Position numbers and translations under genes: made by a program. Shown piece after piece: positions 1 to 64,000 of a DNA stretch of 64,000 nucleotides (position 1 is the stretch's first letter; each line of letters starts with the position of its first letter). The notes below the pieces were generated by a model. It did not search any database. It was given only the letters and a program-made list of their open reading frames with translations, and was not told the origin of the DNA. Origin of the DNA: Somniosus microcephalus (Eukaryota); contig CM126214.1 in NCBI GenBank assembly GCA_052327205.1, positions 154,938,001 to 155,002,000 of the forward strand. The letters are read 5' to 3'.

Positions 1-825
1 TAAAAGTTCTTGCTGTACCTTCACATGGGCAACTTTAACCCAGGGATTTATAACAATGATAATACAGTGTCTAAGTTAAAGATTGATAACCATACTTAGC
101 GTACATAACATTTCCAGTGGGTATTACAAATGTAAGACTTTACTGAACAGAAATTTGCAGAAAATTATGACCTCTGTTCAGCGGGTATCTACTTCACATT
201 TTCAGCATGAAAATATTAATTTAGCAGTTGTCACTAAGTGCAGTTGCATGTTTTTAGCTTAAACCTTATGAATGGTTAGTTCAAGATATTTTTAAACGTT
301 TTTGTGCAAAGTTATGACTCTGGTTTATCCACTTTAGATACTGCGATTCCATCACTCATAATGACAATGTTACCCATTTTGATGCCCTATTTTCCTCATT
401 TTAAAAAGAAGTTTATTTACAAAAGCAAGTTAAAAGACAGAACATATCTTCCAACAATTGTACAGCACTGTATCATCAGTGCTCAACATCTGTCAAACCA
501 CAGCTCAAACGATAAAGCAGTTTCCTTTCGTCACCACCCCCGCACAACCTAAATGAATTATAGTAAAATGCATCATTAAGCCTCCTAAGTCACAGGTATT
601 GGTACCAGTTACAATATCTAACCACTTCCTATTGTCATGTTTGTTTTATGCCCATTCTTAGTACTTAAATTGATCAAATTTTCCCCTCTTGGTCTGTAAA
701 GAATGTGTTGAAGTGCTTGCCCGTTTAAGGGACAGGGTACATGGAGAAACTTGGGAAATCTAAATGAAATGGCTACAGTAAATATTGCACTTCTGACTTG
801 ATATCACATTTTGTTTTGGCACTAG

Positions 826-56642
<55,817 letters not shown>

Positions 56643-58939
56643 CGAAAAGTCAGCATGCATTTCTACTTTCGGCCTGTGAATGGATCCCCTGGATATTACC
56701 TGTTGTAGTCAAAGAAAATATTAATTTTGGAGCTTATTTTGAACATTATATTAGAGGATTTCCAAATAAGTGATGTGTATCCTGTAATTTAAAGGGTATT
56801 TAATGAGGCACTTATCCTGAATCCCTGTGTAATCTATAGTTTGCATTTTTATTTTTGTTTGTCTTGAAGGAATGTCTGCACTGTTTCCCGTCCTCATTTA
56901 TTTTATGTCTTTAAAATACCCAGTTAAACCATTTCAGGGACTTCAAATTGTTATACATGTCAACATTATGGGACACTACTGTCTTAAACAGTAAATATTT
57001 GAGATAAATATATGGTTTAATGCACACTGTACAGTGTAAAATTAAGTCATTAACTTCATGAATAAGTTGACTTGTTACGGTTTCAATGCTTTTAAATTAG
57101 TAAGTGTTAAGCCAGTAGATGTATAATTTTGAATTGCGGTTGTGATAAGATATAAACACAATAGCATGAATTGCTTATTGTGGAAATGATGGTAAATGAA
57201 AGATGCAGAGAGTTCAGTGATCGATGAGATGAGTCGAAAATGGCAGTTTCGCTTCATTACTTCCTCTAATGTGCACAATTCAATTTTGTGTTGGGTGGCT
57301 GTGATGAATGTGAGGTTTTTGATTTCTGCTTCTTGCACAGTTACAGTGGAGTTTGCATACTCAAATTTCCCCCTAAATTATGAACTTTAAGTACAGTATC
57401 ATTGACTGTAAGAGAAGCACAATTACAAACTTGCAATAAGAAAACAATATTAATACCTTTTGAGAATGAAGCTGGATTTCAACTTGTCTATTTTAGAACA
57501 AGCAAAACTACCTTTCAGTGCAAAACAATGTACAGATTGTACAAAAACTCTAGTTGGAGATGGATTGATGTCCCACATAGCAAAATCTCTTAACTATTTT
57601 GCTGGGGAATGACCAGGGAAACAAATTTATCACTTTTTTTCCTCTTAACTTAAGGCTCCTTGAATCCTGTAGCACCTAAAGGCTAAATCTTACAGCATGA
57701 GAATATAGAATCTGTTTTTAATTTATGCAGGATTTGGCAACATCTCAATTTCAATATAATTATTTTAAAATGCTGTATAAAAACAGTGCTTATTTCTGTT
57801 TAGGGAAATAGTGCATTTTAATCTAATTAAAAGCAGTTAGTTGTGCTTGTCCTCTATTCCCCTATAACAATTGTTAATTAATACATAGCTGTTTTACCTG
57901 ACTTTGCACGAAGATATTAACTAGCAGCTAGGTATTAAATTGTACATGACCAATACCTGGCAGACCAATATCTTGTGTTCTGAGTTGGAATGTTGCCCAT
58001 TGACGCTAATCTTCTAATCTCCATTGATGGGTAGTTTGGATTTCACACCATGCGCATTTACCTGTTAAACTCAAGTAAATGTCTTTCAAACCACCTATTT
58101 AAGAGCAGAGATGAATAGGTCCTTTTATGTTGGTGCTAGTAGGATGCTTGTGCCACCTAATCCTAAAGTATAGGTCTCAGGCAGCCAGTTACAAATCCAA
58201 TATAAATCTGCAACATTTAGCAAACCTGGCTAGTTTGCATTGGGCTTGCCACTAACTTGAGACCTGTGCTTCATGAACTGACAATGCAAACACTGCTCTG
58301 ATGCCAGACAGTAAACAAGCAGTATATAAAATGGGGTTATACAATTCCCAGACATTCCACACTTTGTACAACTTATCTGTATATGAATTGTGCAAGGTGT
58401 AAAATGCATAGATATTAAGCAGTTGGGTATGAACGAGGACTAGAGGATAGGTGTCAACTGACTTCATTTTGAATCAGAACACTTGGTATCGGTACATGAG
58501 ATATTGATTCCAATACAATTAGGTTGGGGAAAACTGAGGAAGGAGAACAAGAGGAAAAATGGCAGAGCAGAAATTTCTCGGTGATTTCCACGGAAGTATG
58601 GAGCACCACAAGCCTTTCTCTTGGCTATCTGTTAAAGGCAACATTAGGATGTGCCTGGTAGCTGCTCCCTTAGATTTCAAATGGTATAAAGAGTTAGGGC
58701 AAGAGACCTTTATAAAAAAAAAGGTAGATTAATGACATGGGATGATTACCTGAAAGGATCATAAAGTTTTCCTGTTGACTATTACACAATTAATGAACGT
58801 GCATTTAATTTATATACTCTGAGGAGAAACTAATCTAACACTTGTACACAAGATACAGTAAGATGACTTTATTGCCATAAGTCTTTGAAAATATTGATTG
58901 TTTTGAATTTAGGTAACCTGGGACAAGCTGAACAGATTT

Positions 58940-59225
58940 TTTTCACCCGATCCTCTCCCTTGTGCCCAGAAGTGCTATCTTGTACTGGAGTACAGTTCCA
59001 CAAGCACTGGCTGCACTTTGACCTAAGGGCCATTCCCAATGTGTGAGCCTGGTCGGTGGGTGTCAGCAGGTTATTTGACTGTGGCGAGCATTATAACCAA
59101 TCTCGGTCCTGTGCTACCACTGCCCTGGCTGAGCGCAAACTTCACACAGACTGAGGATTCAATGTAGGACCTGCTGGTCGTCTTGGCCAGTTCTATCCTG
59201 GACAATGCATTTACTGCTGAATTTT
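58940..59225 (-). mobile_element. ancient SINE, AmnSINE2-like, in putative 3' UTR
   Basis: atgtgtgagcctgg..gtgggtgtcagcaggttatttgactgtgg. Confidence 0.5.
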
Positions 59226-61059
59226 TGAGACAGCTGTGGGGTGAGCAGATTTCAGTTGGGGAGGGCATATTGCAATAATGTTGCACCAGGAATATTTTTG
59301 GTGTGGTGACCAAGCAGAAATCTTATTAGGGAATGGTTCAGATAATGTTATTTGCCACCAGACTCCAGTCTGGGCAGTTCATAACTAGCTTTGAGACTTC
59401 AGGATGAGATTACAATCTTGAAATCACTCCAGGTTGTGTATTTACAGTTCATACAGTGCAGTTGATGGAGGGGGAGGAAGTATTTACTTTTGGGACTGTA
59501 TTTTTGCTGAGAGCGAGTGTGCTGTGTTGATGAGTGATGACATCAACACAAATTGAAGATTGTGATGCAATGACTAGGTTTATTAAGTCATTGCTTACTA
59601 TATCAAGCAAATTATGATAATGTCTTAAATTATATGGAAATGAAACGGCTATTTTTAATGGCTTCACTAGTCACATTACATTATCCAAGTTTGAAGAAAT
59701 GAGCTCTACCATCAATGCAAATTCTTCTAAGGTGCTCTTTCCTCAAACACTTGGTCAAAAATAGTGCTTTAAATTGTCAAAACAAAGCAAGAATAAATAG
59801 GAGGTTGTGTTGTAGCTTTAACTCTGGCATCAAATGAGCACTAACATTAATCTGCACATGTAGTATACATTAATACTACTAACGTTAGGTGTAGAATTTT
59901 TGGTTAGCTGGAATCTTGCTATATTTTTTCCGATTCTAGCATTCTGGTTTTTGTTTTCGTGGTGTGAGTAGTAGTCATGTTTAATAATGTTTTTCTTTTA
60001 ATAATTAGTGTTGTATTTTGACTTCCGGTGTGCACATAATGAATGAAAATGGCAGCAGCAAATTTGTTAATTTATTAAAGTTTATACTTCCAAGGTATGT
60101 CAACTGATTTGGTTAGAATTGCAATTACAATGGAAAGGCCTTGACCACACAGATGCACGCAATACTTTTATTTGAAGGCAGTTTATTTGCTTATACACGT
60201 TCTAGGTTCATAGTTCAAGACAGCTCATTTGCTGCCTAATTCTGTAAGCCTTACTTTATATCTGTTCCTGTAATTGGTTTACCCAGGAAACAGTTGAACT
60301 TTTGGGTAAGCACTACAATAGCTTGCTAGTTTGTGCCAGCTTGCAAAAGTGCAGGTAATCCTGCTAGTATCCCTGGAGCCTGCCCCAGGCCTTGTATCGT
60401 TTGCACTTTTCATTACCAGCGACATAATTGCTATTAGTGTGAAGCCATCTTTTATTTAAAATGATCAACACTAATGCAGCCTGGTGCCCTCTTAATTCTG
60501 TGTGCGCTGATTTGTCTCATCAGCTTCTCTTAATCAGTAAAACTGTTACCAGAACTTGCTGGCCAGTAAGAGGAGTTCTTACCATGTGTTGAGGGTCATG
60601 GGGCTCTGTCGCTGCCTCCAACTCGACAGCAATGCCAGTGAACAGTGGAACCACATCTCCTCATTTGCATTGCTGCTCAGAGATGATTGATAATGCAATT
60701 GGAGATGCAGTGTAACCTCAGCAAGTGTACCAAGTTGCCTTGACTAACAGATAAAACATATCGGAGCACTCTGATTGGCTTGAACATAAATAATTTGACT
60801 TTTAATGGCCTGACCCTGTCTCTTGGTGCTAATGCTATCACAGCACCCAACTGAAAATAACACATTGGCTATATTTTCTTGTACTTTGTTTTTAATGTGA
60901 GTCCAAGTATTCTATGCAACATAGGTAGGGTAAAATGGTTAACGTGTGATGGTTGCAATTAAAATAAATACATTCTTAAAATATCACGGGTTGTTACCAT
61001 GGATGTTCTTGTCAGCAAATGGCATTTTGTATATTAACAGAGCATCTTAGTTACACTGC

Positions 61060-61377
61060 TCGGTATTGCAGTTTTTGCCCCTAAAGCATACCTCTGGTAC
61101 CTCGCCAAAGTGGGTAATCTTCATGTGTGATGTTAATTGGTGAGTGTTGGGAGCCATTCCAATCCTTATCCAATGTGTACACATGCATGGATTTTCCAGG
61201 AGGGATCACTGGATAGTGATCCAGAGCAGGAACTCTCTTCCTTTTTCTAGCCAACAACCACTGTAAACCCTTTACTGTCTCCAGGCTGAGATCACCTAAC
61301 TTATTAATAAAAATAGAACCTTGTATGACTTAGTACCACACCGGGCAATGTCTTCTCCATGAGCCATCAGGGGAGAC
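61060..61377 (-). mobile_element. ancient SINE, AmnSINE2-like, in putative 3' UTR
   Basis: ggatcactggatagtgatc..., ggctgagatcacctaact, agtaccacaccgggcaatg...tgagccatcaggggag. Confidence 0.55.
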
Positions 61378-62018
61378 TAATCTCAGGTTATTTTATTGGA
61401 AATTCCCATTTAAAGAAATAGATAGCTGATCCCCCTACTAAGTTGTCAAAACAAATCTTTGTCACCCAATTGTAGGTTTAAAAAAAAAAAGTTTGATTGC
61501 TAGGATTATATATCCTTGTTTGTAACTGCTGTCATGAAGTATGTTCTAGCAATATAATTTAAATCAGTTAATTTGCTGGTGTCATTGACAATACAAAAAT
61601 GAGTGTTTTGCTTATCCCACCAGAAATTCAGTTAATGGAAAAACTGTGTCCATACTGCAAATTAAAAACAATCTTAACTGAATCCTGAAAAATTGAATTG
61701 ATGTGATTACTGTATCCAATTGTAGCTCCATTTCAATGTAATATTTGGACTGTTTGTGTGCAGAATGTTACGTTTACATATTTAAGTTCTGACATTATGG
61801 AGACAATGTAAAAGTTAATTATTCATAGGTTTTATGAATGAGATATATATTACTGTGAAATGCATTTAAGAATACTCATAATTTAAAAGCATTCCTTGCC
61901 ACTGTGGATGTATAAATATTTTGGAGGAACAGATTAAATATATATGAAATAACTATGTAAAGTTTTCTATGTCAAAATATTCTGTATAATACTACTGATT
62001 ATCCTATTCCAATCCGTT

Positions 62019-62024
62019 AATAAA
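62019..62024 (+). promoter_or_regulatory. candidate distal poly(A) signal of ARFGEF2 (another AATAAA at 60963..60968)
   Basis: AATAAA in AU-rich, TGTA-containing context with GT/T-rich sequence downstream; no transcript data. Confidence 0.35.
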
Positions 62025-62689
62025 TCAGTGAGGTTTTACACCTTCTAAGTTGCTTCACTACAGTTGATTATTAAAGCTCAATTATTTGCACTGGTGTGCT
62101 TTTTAAAGTGTATGTAATGATGACATGATTTATGTGACAGATTATAAAGTTATTGCTGCTTTATCTGTGTTTGAGAAAGTTATTTGAGTTTTGGATTTCC
62201 ACAATTACCTATATGATCAACAGTTGTATGTAAAAGACAATAACCAACCTGTAACAGATGATAGTGTTCTCAGGGCATGGAGACGAAGCAACTTTCCATT
62301 AGATTGGAAAATTGCACGTCGCTCCGCTATTTTAAAATATTGAGCGGGGGAAACCAGGGAATTCTTGCTGCAGTTGTGGCGCACTACCTGCACTGCCATC
62401 CCTATATGACCTTATTTTATTTAAGTATATTTAAATAAATTTGTAATTCGGTAACTTAGTTTACAGTGTAGTTTCTTGACTAATTACTTGATCTAGATTA
62501 AGTTAAGGGTACTGAAATTAAATATCTACCTGTAACACAAAGCACTAAAAGTAATGTAGGCAAAGAACAACTACTCCTTCCCCCTCTTCTCCAAATTCCC
62601 AACTAAAACGTTCAAGTCCATTCTGTTTAATCCCGCTCTGCACAGACCGCTCGCTGCTCTGCAGAAATGTTTACTTTTATACACTGGAA

Positions 62690-63437
62690 TGTCTGGATGT
62701 TGTTTATATGGACCTTCAGAAGGCATTTGATAAACTCCCTCATAAGAGACTGTTAGCTAAAGTTGAAGCTCATGGGACTGAAGGCAAATTATTGACCCGC
62801 TTAGGAAATTGGCTAAGCAGCAGGAAGTGAGTAGGGATAATGGGCAAGTCCTCTAATTGTCAGGATGTGACGAGTTGTATCCCACGGGGATCTGTGTTGG
62901 GGCCTCAACTATTCACCATATTTATTAATGACTTAAGTGGTGGGACAGAAAGCCACATATCCAAGTTTGCTGATGACACAAAGATAGGCAACATTGTAAG
63001 CAGTGTGGATGGAAGCATAAAATTGCAGAGATTTTATGAGGAGAGCTTGCACAAACTGGGGTTGTACACCCTGGAATTCAGAAGGTTATGGGGTGATTTG
63101 ATCAAAGTTAAAGATTAAGTGGAACTGAGGGTAGCTAGAGAAACTATTTCTGCTGGCTGGGGAGTTGAGGATTAGGAGACATCGCTAGATCTTTGCGGAG
63201 TGAAGTTAGGAAACACTTGCACGCAAAGGGTGGTAGAAGTTTGGAACTCCTGCAAATGGTAATTGATGCTAGGACAATTGTTAATTTTAAATCTGGGATT
63301 GATAGGTTTTTGTTAACCAAAGGTATTAAGGGATACGGGCCAAAGGCGGGTATATGGAGTTAGGTCGCAAATCGGCCATGATCTCATTGAAAGGCGGAAT
63401 AAACTCAAGGGGCTAATTGACCTACTCCTGTTCCTAT
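62690..63437 (+). mobile_element. CR1 LINE fragment with internal deletion
   Basis: ORF 62840..63118 GSVLGPQLFTIFINDL...ISKFADDTK; CR1 tail cctactcctgttcctat. Confidence 0.88.
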
Positions 63438-64000
63438 AACTGCTGTAGACTTCACTACTTTAAATTCAATTACATAGTTTGTTTCCAGTTGAGAAGTGGT
63501 TAATGGTGGTGCAGCTCAGTATCACAGGATGTTGATACGGTGACACATTGTGCTAAAGGAAGTTTGGATCTAAGCTTCTGCCAACAGTTGTTGTTGGAAG
63601 TCCCAAGCCGAGTTCTTTGGGAGAGATATGGATAAGGAAGAGCATATAGAACTTCTGAATCTGTAATTGACAGCTGGTTGCAGAGGGGCATTAACATGTT
63701 GCAAGGTCTTAACTGCTTTCTTGTCTGAAGCAATATGTGATGGGGTGGGAGGGGAAAAATTAATGAATAAAAAGTAACTGACATGCTATGTAGGAGGTAA
63801 CACTGAAGAAATAACAGTATTGTCCTGTAAAATCATAAGCCAATAATTCAGCCTACTTTCCATGGTAATTATTTTAAATTGGTGGTCTTACTATTAGCAG
63901 GAAGATAAAAGCAATAAGTTAGCCACATATCTATCAGAGCTAACATAAGTGGTGAAGAAGTTTATTTTTCCCATTTAGACAAAGTGTGCCGGTAATACCT

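Overview
Vertebrate genomic DNA, almost certainly from a shark or other elasmobranch (HE1/V-SINE, SacSINE1-like DeuSINEs, HER1-type CR1 tails). The window holds the last 31 coding exons of ARFGEF2 (BIG2, Sec7-domain Arf-GEF) on the + strand, 826..56642. All introns are GT-AG and the exons splice into one uninterrupted 4314-nt frame (1437 aa plus stop); the 5' exons lie upstream of the window and a long putative 3' UTR follows. The introns are dense in mobile DNA: a Mag-type Ty3/Gypsy element (28501..32741), a 1.1-kb solo LTR (42304..43399), CR1/L2/Rex1/Penelope-like fragments, several SINE families, and TA-flanked or PIF/Harbinger-like MITEs. Most notable observations: (i) Met->Ile at the brefeldin-A-sensitivity methionine of the Sec7 domain, plus NRGIND->NRGIHG; (ii) a closely similar inverted MITE pair bracketing an in-frame 594-nt five-exon block (circRNA candidate); (iii) a MITE family carrying paired RFX X-box-like palindromes; (iv) a decayed minimal hammerhead ribozyme; (v) LF-SINE-like and AmnSINE2-like elements. 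Repeat family names and reference protein comparisons come from recalled consensus sequences, not database searches.
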